From Bacillota bacterium (GTDB lineage: Bacteria > Bacillota > Clostridia > Peptostreptococcales > Anaerovoracaceae), in assembly GCA_017534025.1 (NCBI GenBank), contig JAFWDF010000066.1, positions 1-36,919 of the forward strand: a stretch of DNA of 36,919 bases, read 5' to 3'. Made by a program: the position numbers and the translations under genes. Shown here one piece after another: positions 9,261 through 19,824 of this stretch. How positions within the stretch are numbered: the first letter of the stretch is position 1; every line of letters begins with the position of its first letter. Below the pieces are notes generated by a model, which was given only the letters and a program-made list of their open reading frames with translations, made no database searches and was not told the origin of the DNA.

Positions 9261-11054
9261 ATGATCATACTGAATGCCGATAATATCAGTAAAAGCTATA
9301 CGGAAAAACCCCTGCTCCGGGATGTGAGCCTGAGTATTCATGACGGAGAAAAGATCGGGCTGATCGGTGTAAACGGTACAGGCAAGTCCACGCTGCTGCG
9401 CATTCTGGCCGGCGTAGAGGAGGCTGACAGCGGGAAAGTGACCTACACCAACGGGATTCGCATTTCCTACCTGCCGCAGAATCCGCCCTTTGACGGTACG
9501 CTGACGGTGGAGGAGCAGGCCGTGCGGTACCTGCATGAGATCGATCCCGCCGCGGAGGAATTCACCTGCCGTTCCATGCTGACCCGCCTGGGAATCACGG
9601 ATTTTTCCCCGAAGATGAACGAACTGTCCGGCGGTCAGCGGAAGAGAGTTGCCATGGCTGCCGTGCTGGCGGTCAATGCCGATCTCATCGTCCTGGACGA
9701 GCCTACCAACCATATGGATAATGACGTCATTGCCTGGCTGGAGGATTATCTCGCCGCCTGCAAAAATGCCGTGTTCATGATCACGCACGACCGGTATTTT
9801 CTGGACCGGGTTACCCGCCGTATTGTAGAAATCGATCACGGCAGTCTTTTCAGTTATGATGGGAATTATGAGTATTATCTGGAAGCCAAACAGGCAAGAC
9901 AGGAGTCACAGCTCGCGAGCGAGCGCAAACGCGCCGCTTTATATAAAAAAGAACTCGCCTGGATCATGCGGGGAGCCCGTGCCCGCTCCACCAAGGCGAA
10001 ATCCCATATCGAGCGATTTGAAGAACTGCGGGACAGCAAACTGATCATCGACGATTCCTCGCTGAACATCGGCACCGCCAGCAGCCGGCTTGGAAAAAAG
10101 ATCATCGAAATCGAGCATCTGTCCAAGAGTTTTGACGGTAATGAACTGATCCGCGATTTCAGCTACATTGTGCTGCGGAACGACCGCATTGGCATAATCG
10201 GCGACAACGGGTCCGGTAAATCCACGCTGCTGAAAATGATACTGGGTGAGGTGGAGCCGGATGCCGGCAGCGTGACCATCGGCGAGACGGTAAAAATCGG
10301 CTATTTTTCCCAGGATACCCAGGTGTGGGATCCGGAACAGCGGATCATCAAATTTGTAGAAGGCATTTCGGATAATGTGAAAACCGACGACGGCTATCTC
10401 TCCGCTTCCCAGATGCTGGAACGCTTTCTGTTTCCGAGCAGCAAGCATTCCATAAAAATCGGGCAGCTGTCCGGCGGGGAGAAGCGCCGCCTGTACCTTC
10501 TGAGCGTGCTGATGCAGGCACCGAATGTACTGATTTTCGACGAACCCACCAATGATCTGGATATCGCCACCCTCACCGTACTGGAGGATTACCTGGACAG
10601 CTTTGACGGTGCTGTGATCATCGTATCGCATGACCGGTATTTCCTGGACCGCCTCTGCCGCAAAACCTTTTCGTTTGACGGAAACGGTATTGTGCGCGAG
10701 TATCCCGGCGGTTATACAGATACCATGAAAGCCCGGGAATACGAAGCTCTGAAGCGGGAAATGGAGAGCGGCGCCGGCACGGTGGAAAAAGAGAAAACCC
10801 GCCGGACGGAGCACCGGAAAAAGCTGAAATTCACCTTCCAGGAACAGAAAGAATACGAGACCATAGAAGAAGATATCGCAGAACTGGAAGAACGAATTTC
10901 AGAACTGGAAAATGCCATGGCTGCAGATGCCGGCAATTATATCCGCCTGCAGGAACTGGCCGCGGAACGGGACACCCTGGCCGGGGAACTGGACCGGAAA
11001 ACCGAACGCTGGCTGTACCTGGAAGAACTGGCAGAAAAGATCGCCAGCCAGTAG
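9261..11054 (+). CDS. ABC-F family ATPase (Uup-like, two ABC cassettes plus C-terminal coiled coil)
   Basis: two Walker A sites (GVNGTGKST, GDNGSGKST), two signatures (LSGGQRKR, LSGGEKRR), no TM domain, acidic coiled-coil tail. Confidence 0.9.
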   Translation: MIILNADNISKSYTEKPLLRDVSLSIHDGEKIGLIGVNGTGKSTLLRILAGVEEADSGKVTYTNGIRISYLPQNPPFDGTLTVEEQAVRYLHEIDPAAEEFTCRSMLTRLGITDFSPKMNELSGGQRKRVAMAAVLAVNADLIVLDEPTNHMDNDVIAWLEDYLAACKNAVFMITHDRYFLDRVTRRIVEIDHGSLFSYDGNYEYYLEAKQARQESQLASERKRAALYKKELAWIMRGARARSTKAKSHIERFEELRDSKLIIDDSSLNIGTASSRLGKKIIEIEHLSKSFDGNELIRDFSYIVLRNDRIGIIGDNGSGKSTLLKMILGEVEPDAGSVTIGETVKIGYFSQDTQVWDPEQRIIKFVEGISDNVKTDDGYLSASQMLERFLFPSSKHSIKIGQLSGGEKRRLYLLSVLMQAPNVLIFDEPTNDLDIATLTVLEDYLDSFDGAVIIVSHDRYFLDRLCRKTFSFDGNGIVREYPGGYTDTMKAREYEALKREMESGAGTVEKEKTRRTEHRKKLKFTFQEQKEYETIEEDIAELEERISELENAMAADAGNYIRLQELAAERDTLAGELDRKTERWLYLEELAEKIASQ

Positions 11055-11067
11055 GGACGGATTCCGT

Positions 11068-12012
11068 TCATCTGTTCCGCAAAGCCTTCCGCTGTTCATA
11101 CACATCGGCCCGTTCGAACAGGGCAGAAGCATTATCATAATGGTAGACATGATCGGACAGCCAGTCTTCCGGTGCCACCTGCATGCGATTGATCCGCCGC
11201 ACTGTTCGTTCCACATCCCGGTAATCCTCTACAAATTCTTCCGGAAGCAGAATCAGCTCGTGAATCGAGGATGGGAGTATATAATAGCTCCCATCCAACA
11301 ACACCGCGGCTTCTTTCAGAACGCCCGGATAGAACAGCGCCGATGCGCCATTCAGCATATACTGGTTCGTAAGGAGAAGCATACCGGAACCCGCCGGAGA
11401 TACGCACGGCTCCTGACTGCCGGGATTATACACATACCCTCCCTTCAAAACATGTTCCATCGCCTCAAAGTGAACAGGAAACATCTCCTGCGCGCTGTCA
11501 AAAGCATCCTTCAGCATGTCTTCTTCGGTCACTCCGAACTCCTCTGCCATATCCCGGGTCACCGCCACGCTGTACAGTTCATTATCAAAATACTTTGTAC
11601 GAATATGCATGGTCAGTGCAAGATCCGCATACCGCCAGTGGGGCATATCCTCCAGAAGCTGTTCGTTTCCTTCTATGCTGCAGAGCTTCAGAAACAGTGA
11701 ACCTTTCACCTGCTCATAATGACTGAGCCACCCCATATCCGGCAGCCTGCTGAAGCGGGTCACCATATCCGCCATGCTGCGAATCACTTTTTCCCAATCC
11801 GGATCCTTCAAATACAGGTCATAGAATTCCTGCAGGTTAATGATCGGCGCAATCATCTGTTCCCCGGGCACTACGGTCATGCCGGTATAAGCGCCGCGAA
11901 GTCTCTCAACCGTCTGCATTTCCACTTCCGCATCTTTATACAGATCCGGCAGCCAGTCCCGGATTTCTTTACCGGCGCGATCCGAAAAATCATCAAATGA
12001 CATTATTTTCAT
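11068..12012 (-). CDS. DUF5688-like hypothetical protein
   Basis: 314-aa ORF. N-terminal ...FDDFSDRAGKEIRDWLPDLYKDAEVEMQTV... and C-terminal YILPSSIHELILLP...LSDHVYHYD match my recollection of DUF5688. Converges on the ABC-F gene with a 13-bp gap. Confidence 0.6.
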   Translation of the reverse strand: MKIMSFDDFSDRAGKEIRDWLPDLYKDAEVEMQTVERLRGAYTGMTVVPGEQMIAPIINLQEFYDLYLKDPDWEKVIRSMADMVTRFSRLPDMGWLSHYEQVKGSLFLKLCSIEGNEQLLEDMPHWRYADLALTMHIRTKYFDNELYSVAVTRDMAEEFGVTEEDMLKDAFDSAQEMFPVHFEAMEHVLKGGYVYNPGSQEPCVSPAGSGMLLLTNQYMLNGASALFYPGVLKEAAVLLDGSYYILPSSIHELILLPEEFVEDYRDVERTVRRINRMQVAPEDWLSDHVYHYDNASALFERADVYEQRKALRNR

Positions 12013-12073
12013 ATACTTTTACTCCTATCCTCCTGCGCACTAAGCGCTTCCATTATTTTCCTTTTCGATTTAC

Positions 12074-12102
12074 ATTTTATTCCAGTTTCCATTATTTGTC
12101 AA
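12074..12102 (-). promoter_or_regulatory. candidate promoter of the DUF5688 gene
   Basis: minus strand TTGACA (12097-12102), 17 nt, TAAAAT (12074-12079). Confidence 0.45.
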
Positions 12103-12241
12103 TCGCACTGGAAAATTTTTGCATTTTCAGAATTGAAAAATAGAGGCGGGTGAATAGTGCAGGATGAAAGCGGAACGCGCACTGGTTGGGGGGATGGGAC
12201 GCGCCGGTCAGAATTGGCAAATCCATAATTGTAATTGTGAT

Positions 12242-12484
12242 GGTTAGATCTGGCCAACTCGTGTTTTTTGCTGCGATTGTTGGACATTTCTTCGGGTTCT
12301 GATTGGTCATGTCCACTGGAGTGGACATTCTCCGGGTTTTCGATTGTAAATGTCCAACTATTCGACGGTTAGATCTTGTAAACCCGTGTTTTTTACTGCG
12401 ATTGTTGGACATTTCTTCGGGTTCTGATTGGTTATGTCCACTGGAGTGGACATTCTCCGGGTTTTCGATTGATATTGTCCAACA
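12242..12484. repeat. two tandem copies of a 125-bp unit, each with two related hairpin modules (TGGACAT N21 ATGTCCA)
   Basis: copy A starts at 12242 and copy B at 12367. The ~90-bp core is near-identical. Arms lie at 12279-87, 12309-16, 12321-28, 12350-58 and at +125. Confidence 0.9.
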
Positions 12485-12636
12485 ATAACAACGAGCTGGT
12501 ACTTCCGCTTCTTTGCTCCCGGCGCTCTTCCGCCGGCCGGCTGTCTTTCAATGATGGTGACTCGTTCTTGCAAAGCGGGAGCTTTGCAGGTAGACTTGAT
12601 GCATAAGGACCACATTTAGATGAGGAAAAAATAATA

Positions 12637-13638
12637 ATGAACACAAAGAAAGAAATGAATACCGGAAATAATGCAAATAAAATGAAGGCCTCAAAACCGG
12701 GCCCGGTTCGTGAAATACATGCAGAGGATGTATGGGCCCGAATGCCATTCCGTAAAGAGGACAGCCACAAGGGAACGTACGGCAAATTGTTAATGGTCGC
12801 GGGCAGCCTCCGCTACCGCGGAGCCGCAGCGCTCTGCGCGGAGGGCGCGCTGCGGAGCGGCTGCGGGATCGTGACCCTGGCTTCCACGGAACCGGTCTTC
12901 CTGAGCACGCAGCCGCGGCTGCCCGAGGCCATCTGTCTGCCCTGCCGGGCAGACAGCGCCGGCGGCATCGCCGCCGGAAACTTTGACCAGCTCTCGGCCG
13001 AGCTGGCAAACGGATACACTGCGCTTCTTATGGGCCCGGGTATGGGAAACACCGGGAGCACCCGACAACTCGTCACCGGGCTGGTGGAAAGCGCCTCCTG
13101 TCCGGTGCTTCTGGACGCCGATGCCCTGAACGCCTGCGCACCGGATCCGCTGCAGAAAAGCGGTGCAGCGGGCGAATCAGCAGATGGCCCGGCAGCACCG
13201 GACTTCCGTCTGCCGCATCCGTCCGGCGCGCCCCTGGTCATCACGCCGCATCCCGGCGAAATGGCGCGCCTCACCGGGTTGAGCATAGCGGAAGTCAAGG
13301 CGCGCCGCGAAGAACTCGCCCTTGCATTCGCACAGCAGCAGGACTGCATTGTAATACTGAAAGAGCACCGCACACTCATTGCGGTACCGGACGGCAGCTT
13401 ATGGCGCAACACGACCGGCGGATCGGGTCTCGCAAGAGGCGGGAGCGGTGACATCCTCGCCGGCATGATCGGAGCCTTTCTGGCACAGGGCAGGGATCCT
13501 GCTGATGCATCCCTCTGCAGTGTCTGGCTCCACGGCGCGGCAGCGGACCGCTGTGCCGCCGCCCGCAGTCTCACCGGCATGCTGCCGCATGATATTTTCC
13601 ACGCTCTGCAGCAGCTGTTCCTGGAAAACAGCCGGTAA
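12637..13638 (+). CDS. nnrD: ADP-dependent NAD(P)H-hydrate dehydratase (YjeF C-terminal family)
   Basis: KGTYGKLLMVAGS..YRGAAALCAEGALRSGCG...LLMGPGMG...TPHPGEMARL...GGSGLARGGSGDILAGMIGAF. Start uncertain (ATG 12637, 12655 or 12682). Confidence 0.85.
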   Translation: MNTKKEMNTGNNANKMKASKPGPVREIHAEDVWARMPFRKEDSHKGTYGKLLMVAGSLRYRGAAALCAEGALRSGCGIVTLASTEPVFLSTQPRLPEAICLPCRADSAGGIAAGNFDQLSAELANGYTALLMGPGMGNTGSTRQLVTGLVESASCPVLLDADALNACAPDPLQKSGAAGESADGPAAPDFRLPHPSGAPLVITPHPGEMARLTGLSIAEVKARREELALAFAQQQDCIVILKEHRTLIAVPDGSLWRNTTGGSGLARGGSGDILAGMIGAFLAQGRDPADASLCSVWLHGAAADRCAAARSLTGMLPHDIFHALQQLFLENSR

Positions 13639-13711
13639 CTGCACCGCCTGCCTTCTAACGCAAATCATTCACCCGTTCCTGCACTACAACCTCAGGCAGA
13701 AAGGAATCCCC

Positions 13712-14078
13712 ATGTTAAATTGTCTCGCCGTCGGAGCGGGCGGCTTTCTCGGCGCCATTCTGCGCTATCTGATCGGCCTTCTTCCAATCCGGGAAAGCAC
13801 CGCCTTTCCCGTCAATACTCTGCTCATCAATGTGCTGGGCGCCTTCGTCATAGGCTGCGTGACAGTGTACGCCCTGCAGCATGCCGATGCGGATCCCCGC
13901 CTCGTTCTATTTTTGAAAACCGGAATCTGCGGCGGCTTCACCACATTTTCCACCTTTTGCCCTGGAAACTTCAGAGCTGATGAAAAGCGGCCTGTCCGGG
14001 ACGGCTCTGCTCTATGTCCTGCTGAGTGTGCTGCTCTGTGTCGCGGCCGTGTTCCTGGCACAGCTTCTTCTTAATTAA
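13712..14078 (+). pseudogene. crcB: fluoride channel CrcB, reading frame broken by one extra T
   Basis: MLNCLAVGAGGFLGAILRY...GICGGFTTFSTF, then the frame is lost at TTTT 13955-13958. The next frame reads LETSELMKSGLSGTALLYVLLSVLLCVAAVFLAQLLLN* (stop 14076-14078). The uncorrected ORF ends at 14074. Confidence 0.8.
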
Positions 14079-14216
14079 ACAAATCTGAATGAGCGCCGCT
14101 CCATGGAAGCTGCCATGGTGCCTGCCATGCAGGCGGTTCCCGGGCAGTGCTCCGTAAAACAAAAACAGACCCACCGGATCCATTGCCATCATCATGTGCT
14201 CTGCAGCCATACCACG

Positions 14217-14250
14217 AAAAAGGGAAGTGTAAAATTACACTTCCCTTTTC
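14217..14250. terminator. bidirectional Rho-independent terminator between crcB and leuD
   Basis: AAAAA, GGGAAGTGTA, AAAT loop, TACACTTCCC, TTTT. Confidence 0.75.
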
Positions 14251-14328
14251 TGTTTCTTTCTGGTTCTTCCTGAACAGCCGAATCCGTGACATAAACGGAA
14301 TCCCGCCATTTTGCAATTCACTCCGCTG

Positions 14329-14814
14329 CTATTCGCTGAGCTTGCTTCTTGTATAATTCACCAGGCCGTCCTGTGCAATCAGGTTCTGCAGGAATTCCGG
14401 CAGCGGCTGGGACTGGTAGGTCTCGCCCTTCGTGTGATTGGTAATCATGCCGGTATCAAAATCCACGTCGATATCATCGCCGGTCTGGATCGATGCCGCC
14501 GCTTCCGGGCATTCCATGATCGGCAGCCCGATATTAATGCAGTTTCTAAAGAAAATCCGTGCGAAAGAAGACGCAATGACGCATTTCACGCCGGATGCCT
14601 TAATGGCGATCGGCGCATGCTCTCTGGAAGATCCGCAGCCGAAATTCTTGTCCGCGACAATAAAATCTCCCGTTTTTACAGCTCCGGAAAAGCCGGTATC
14701 AATGTCTTCCATGCAGTGCTTCGCCAGCTCCGCAGGTTCTGAAGTGTTCAGATATCTGGCAGGGATAATGACGTCCGTATCAACATTGTCCCCGTATTTG
14801 AATACATAACCCAT
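14329..14814 (-). CDS. leuD: 3-isopropylmalate dehydratase small subunit
   Basis: 161 aa, [22 protein letters not shown]...[10 protein letters not shown]. Confidence 0.95.
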   Translation of the reverse strand: MGYVFKYGDNVDTDVIIPARYLNTSEPAELAKHCMEDIDTGFSGAVKTGDFIVADKNFGCGSSREHAPIAIKASGVKCVIASSFARIFFRNCINIGLPIMECPEAAASIQTGDDIDVDFDTGMITNHTKGETYQSQPLPEFLQNLIAQDGLVNYTRSKLSE

Positions 14815-14849
14815 CTGTAATTCCTCCTGAATATATTACAAATTAAGGC

Positions 14850-16109
14850 TTACAGTTTTCCCGGATCTGCGATTTTGCCTGCAACCGCCGAAGCAGCCGC
14901 TACCGCCGGACTCGCCAGATACACTTCCGAATCCACATGCCCCATACGGCCTACAAAATTCCGGTTGGTCGTAGTAACGGCCCGTTCACCGGCCGCCAGG
15001 ATACCCATGTGGCCGCCCAGACATGGACCGCAGGTCGGCGTGGAGAAAACGGCGCCGGCCTTAATAAAGATCTCTGCCCAGCCGTTCCGGATCGCTTCCA
15101 GATACACATTCTGTGTTCCCGGAATAATAATGCAGCGCACATGATCCGCCACCTTCCGGTCCTTCAGAATCTCTGCCGCCGATTCCATATCCGCGATGTT
15201 TCCGTTGGTGCAGGATCCGATGACCACCTGGTCGATCTGAATATCGCCGACTTCATCGATCGTTCTGGTATTATCCGGGAGGTGAGGGAAGGAAACCGTC
15301 GGACGCAGCGAGGACAGATCAATTACAAAGGTCTGTTCGTACTCCGCATCCGGATCCGCCTTATATACCACCGGCTCTCTCTTTGCTCTGCCTTTCAGGT
15401 ATTCCAGCGTAATATCATCCACTTCAAAAATACCGTTCTTCGCGCCGGCTTCGATCGCCATATTCGCCATGGTCAGGCGGGATGCCATACCCAGATACTG
15501 CAGGCCGTCACCGGTGAATTCCATCGACATGTAACGGGCGCCTTCCACACCGATCATGCCGATAATGTGCAGGATAATGTCCTTGCCGCTGACCCATGGA
15601 GCCGGTTTTCCGGTCAGTTCAAACTTCAGCGCCGCCGGCACCTTGAACCAGGAAATGCCCCGTGCCATCCCGGCCGCCACGTCGGTGGAACCCATGCCGG
15701 TGGAAAAAGCGCCCAGCGCGCCATATGTACATGTATGGGAGTCTGCGCCGATCACTACATCACCGGCTGTAACCAGTCCCTGTTCAGGCAGCAGCGCATG
15801 TTCAATACCTACGCGGCCGACTTCAAAATAATTGGTCAGCTCCTGGCTTCTGGCAAATTCCCGCATCATTTTGCACTGTTCCGCCGCCTTGATATCCTTA
15901 TTCGGCGTAAAATGGTCCGGTACCAGATATACCCGGTCCTTATCAAATACTTTGTCCGCGCCCATGCCCGGCAGCTGCTTGATGGATACCGGTCCGGTAA
16001 TATCGTTTGCCAGTACCGCGTCCAGCTTCGCTTCAATAAACTGGCCGGCCTCAACCTGATCCAGACCCGCGTGCGCCGCCAGGATCTTCTGTGTCATGGT
16101 CATTCCCAT
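14850..16109 (-). CDS. leuC: 3-isopropylmalate dehydratase large subunit
   Basis: 419 aa, aconitase-family motifs (VPDHF, GADSHT, IGSCTNG, TCGPCLG). Confidence 0.95.
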   Translation of the reverse strand: MGMTMTQKILAAHAGLDQVEAGQFIEAKLDAVLANDITGPVSIKQLPGMGADKVFDKDRVYLVPDHFTPNKDIKAAEQCKMMREFARSQELTNYFEVGRVGIEHALLPEQGLVTAGDVVIGADSHTCTYGALGAFSTGMGSTDVAAGMARGISWFKVPAALKFELTGKPAPWVSGKDIILHIIGMIGVEGARYMSMEFTGDGLQYLGMASRLTMANMAIEAGAKNGIFEVDDITLEYLKGRAKREPVVYKADPDAEYEQTFVIDLSSLRPTVSFPHLPDNTRTIDEVGDIQIDQVVIGSCTNGNIADMESAAEILKDRKVADHVRCIIIPGTQNVYLEAIRNGWAEIFIKAGAVFSTPTCGPCLGGHMGILAAGERAVTTTNRNFVGRMGHVDSEVYLASPAVAAASAVAGKIADPGKL

Positions 16110-16152
16110 AATCGAAATCTTCCTTTCTTATACATTTTGTGTATGGATCCGG

Positions 16153-16172
16153 CCCCTTCCCTCCGGAAGGGG
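16153..16172 (-). other. intercistronic stem-loop between leuA and leuC
   Basis: CCCCTTCC, 4-nt loop, GGAAGGGG (8 bp). No U-run, so probably an RNA-processing or stability element rather than a terminator. Confidence 0.3.
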
Positions 16173-16210
16173 TCATTTCCGTCATGAATAACATTACTGT
16201 CTAATGCGCC

Positions 16211-17740
16211 TTACATATTCTGCTGTTCTTCATAAATCATCTTGTTCACAGCATTAATATATGCGATGAGACTCGCCTCGATGACGTCTGTGCTGATGCC
16301 GCGGCCGGTCACTTCCACGCGCTTGCCGTTGACCATCTCACTGAGAGCCACGGTGGCATCGCCCAGCGCGTCCTTGCCTTCCGTAACGGAACGCAGCTTA
16401 TAATCCTCGACATGGAACTGCCGGTCCACAATCTTTTCCATGGCGATGAAAGCCGCATCGATCGGGCCGTCGCCCGTACCGAACTCTTCGATCTCCTTGC
16501 CTTCCTTGTTCAGGCACACAATCGTGGTTGCGGTAATGGTATTGCCGCTGTTGGAAACAAAGCGCACCAGTTTGTAGGTATCCGGTACCTGCACGGCTTC
16601 CTTGGCGAGAATCGCTTCGATATCCCGGTCGTATACGTTCTTCTTTCTGTCAGCCAGTTCCTTGAACTTTTTGAATGCGACCTTCAGTTCCTTTTCATTG
16701 ATTTCATAACCCAGTTCTTCGATCCGTGCCTTCAGAGCCGCCTTTCCGGAGTGCTTGCCCAGCACCAGGCTCTTTTCGGTGATGCCGATGGATTCCGGCG
16801 TCATGATTTCGTAAGTGGCCTTGTTCTTCAGCACGCCGTCCTGATGGATGCCTGCCTCGTGGGCAAAGGCATTCTCCCCGACGATGGCCTTGTTCGGCTG
16901 TACCTTCACACCGGTGATCCGGGTGAGCAGCCGGGAAGACCGCATAATTTCTTTTGTATTAATGTTCGTCTGCACCTGGTAGCGATCCCGGCGGGTGTGG
17001 AGCGCCATCGCGATTTCTTCCAGCGCGGCATTGCCCGCCCGCTCACCGATTCCGTTCACGGTACATTCCAGCTGCGTGGCACCGGCTCTGACGGCGGCGA
17101 TGGAGTTGGCTATCGCCAGACCGAGGTCGTTATGGCAGTGTACAGACATCGTCACGTTGTCCATGGCCGGGCATTTTTCACGGATGGCCGTGAGGAATTC
17201 ATAATATTCGTCCGGCGTGGTATATCCCACAGTATCCGGAATATTAATGGTCGTGGCGCCGGCCTTGATTACCCGGTCAAAAATCTTCGCGAGGAAGTCC
17301 ACTTCACTGCGGGTTGCGTCCTCTGCAGAAAATTCTACATCCGACACGAATTTTTTCGCATATTTTACAGCGTTCACAGCGCTTTCAATAACTGCGTCCG
17401 GTTCCATCTGCAGCTTGTACTGCATGTGAATAGGGGAGGTGGCGATGAATGTGTGAATACGCGGAGACACCGCGTTTCTGACCGATTCAGCCGCCCGTTC
17501 AATATCTCCCTCCAGCGCTCTGGCCAGACTGGCTACGGTACAGGTCTTCATCGTCTCGGCAATTGCCTTGACCGAATTAAAGTCCCCCGGAGAAGACGCC
17601 GCGAAACCGGCTTCCATGATATCCACTCCCAGCCGTTCCAGCTGCTTCGCCATTTCAATCTTTTCCACCTGATTCATGCTGCAGCCCGGTGACTGCTCAC
17701 CGTCCCGCAGTGTCGTATCGAAAATTTTAATTGTTTTCAT
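16211..17740 (-). CDS. leuA: 2-isopropylmalate synthase
   Basis: 509 aa, MKTIKIFDTTLRDGEQSPG...HCHNDLGLA..., with a LeuA dimerisation/regulatory C-terminal domain. Confidence 0.95.
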   Translation of the reverse strand: MKTIKIFDTTLRDGEQSPGCSMNQVEKIEMAKQLERLGVDIMEAGFAASSPGDFNSVKAIAETMKTCTVASLARALEGDIERAAESVRNAVSPRIHTFIATSPIHMQYKLQMEPDAVIESAVNAVKYAKKFVSDVEFSAEDATRSEVDFLAKIFDRVIKAGATTINIPDTVGYTTPDEYYEFLTAIREKCPAMDNVTMSVHCHNDLGLAIANSIAAVRAGATQLECTVNGIGERAGNAALEEIAMALHTRRDRYQVQTNINTKEIMRSSRLLTRITGVKVQPNKAIVGENAFAHEAGIHQDGVLKNKATYEIMTPESIGITEKSLVLGKHSGKAALKARIEELGYEINEKELKVAFKKFKELADRKKNVYDRDIEAILAKEAVQVPDTYKLVRFVSNSGNTITATTIVCLNKEGKEIEEFGTGDGPIDAAFIAMEKIVDRQFHVEDYKLRSVTEGKDALGDATVALSEMVNGKRVEVTGRGISTDVIEASLIAYINAVNKMIYEEQQNM

Positions 17741-17833
17741 TCCTGTCCTCCTTGAAACTGCCTCATACTGTCCATCCTTCGGATCTGTTTTCCGGCGGGC
17801 AAAACCGCACCGCCGCCGTCCGCAGCACTATGC

Positions 17834-18110
17834 AAAAAGTCCCTGAAGTCCTGCGGACTCCAGGGACGATAATAAACTATTACCGCGGTACCACCCTGCT
17901 TACTGCATCTGATACGCAATCACTCAAAAGGTTCTGTCAAACCTCCGGTCCTGATAACGGAACCTGCCGGCATTCCTTACTTTCCGGAACAGGCCGGCCA
18001 GCCGGTTCCTCGTCCTCGGGAATGCTGCTCGGAAGCGAGACTTGACGGCCTGTACGCACCGGTTCGCAGCATCCACCGGCTCTCTGCAGCGTCTTTCCAG
18101 AACATCAATA
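17834..18110 (-). promoter_or_regulatory. T-box riboswitch leader (leucine) with intrinsic terminator, upstream of leuA
   Basis: minus strand: Stem I with GCAGAGAGCCGGTGGATGCTGCGAA, and a specifier-loop candidate AAGUCUCGC (CUC is plus-strand GAG 18037-18039). The T-box sequence is AGCAGGGTGGTACCGCGG (17884-17896). The terminator is GTCCCTGGAGTC / GACTTCAGGGAC plus UUUUU (17834-17867). Confidence 0.85.
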
Positions 18111-18197
18111 ACTTCGTCTTAGCATTTGAACTATATGGGATCGCTCCCTTTTTCCGGCACATCCTTCATCCATTCGGAAAGTGTACCATTGACAAGG

Positions 18198-18227
18198 ATT
18201 ATACACGATATGCACGGTTCTTGTCAA
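18198..18227 (-). promoter_or_regulatory. near-consensus SigA promoter for the leu leader
   Basis: minus strand TTGACA (18222-18227), 18 nt, TATAAT (18198-18203). Confidence 0.6.
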
Positions 18228-18237
18228 TTGTATTTTG

Positions 18238-18465
18238 TCACCGCTGAGCGGCCTGCTTTCCTCTTCCTGCGGTCATCTTCTCCAGCTTCCGCCGCGAAAG
18301 GACGATCTGCGAACCGCAGGTCAGACAACGCAGGCGGATGTCCATGCCGGTGCGGACAACTTCAAATTCCGTCCCTCCGCAGGGATGGCTCTTCCGGAGC
18401 GTCAGCCGGTCTCCAACAGCCGGTCCGGTTTTTACACCGGCCCGGCCGCCCGTTTCTTCCTTCAT
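18238..18465 (-). CDS. DUF951 family small protein
   Basis: MKEETGG...VGDRLTLRKSHPCGGTEFEVVRTGMDIRLRCLTCGSQIVLSRRKLEK matches the DUF951 pattern (HPCG...R.G.D.R..C..CG). Starts 5 nt after the serS stop. Confidence 0.75.
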   Translation of the reverse strand: MKEETGGRAGVKTGPAVGDRLTLRKSHPCGGTEFEVVRTGMDIRLRCLTCGSQIVLSRRKLEKMTAGRGKQAAQR

Positions 18466-18470
18466 CTGAA

Positions 18471-19760
<1,290 letters not shown>

Positions 19761-19824
19761 CTAGTTATGGTTTATTATTCCCAGTGCAGCATCCTGCATC
19801 TGACTTAATACCTTTTTATTTTTT

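Noticed and set aside
7057-9264. 735-aa plus-strand ORF, the longest in this stretch
   Set aside because: It runs antisense to two genes with clear family motifs (CobB sirtuin, SGNH hydrolase). Its sequence is R/H/F/L-rich with no recognisable domain and no RBS. This is a typical shadow ORF in GC-rich DNA.
12110-12140. CodY-box-like AATTTTCAGAATT sequence upstream of the repeat array
   Set aside because: It matches the 15-nt consensus at only about 10 positions, which is expected by chance in AT-rich promoter DNA.
12242-12484. CRISPR array
   Set aside because: There are only two directly abutting copies of a 125-bp unit, with no unique spacers and no cas genes.
12092-12615. Several 60-106-aa ORFs across the 125-bp repeats
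   Set aside because: Their similarity (MSNNRSKKH..., NQNPKKCPTIA...) is a by-product of the DNA duplication. They have no RBS, overlap one another in several frames, and lie mainly inside palindromes.
13639-13711. Fluoride riboswitch upstream of crcB
   Set aside because: The 73-nt spacer lacks the conserved crcB-motif core (the GGnGAUG...CCGCC...GAUGAU-type elements).
14090-14130. Three imperfect 12-bp repeats (CCATGGAAGCTG, CCATGGTGCCTG, CCATGCAGGCGG) and a 22-codon ORF downstream of crcB
   Set aside because: They are short and degenerate, with no RBS and no structure. Most likely this is chance or a relic, and I cannot support a function.
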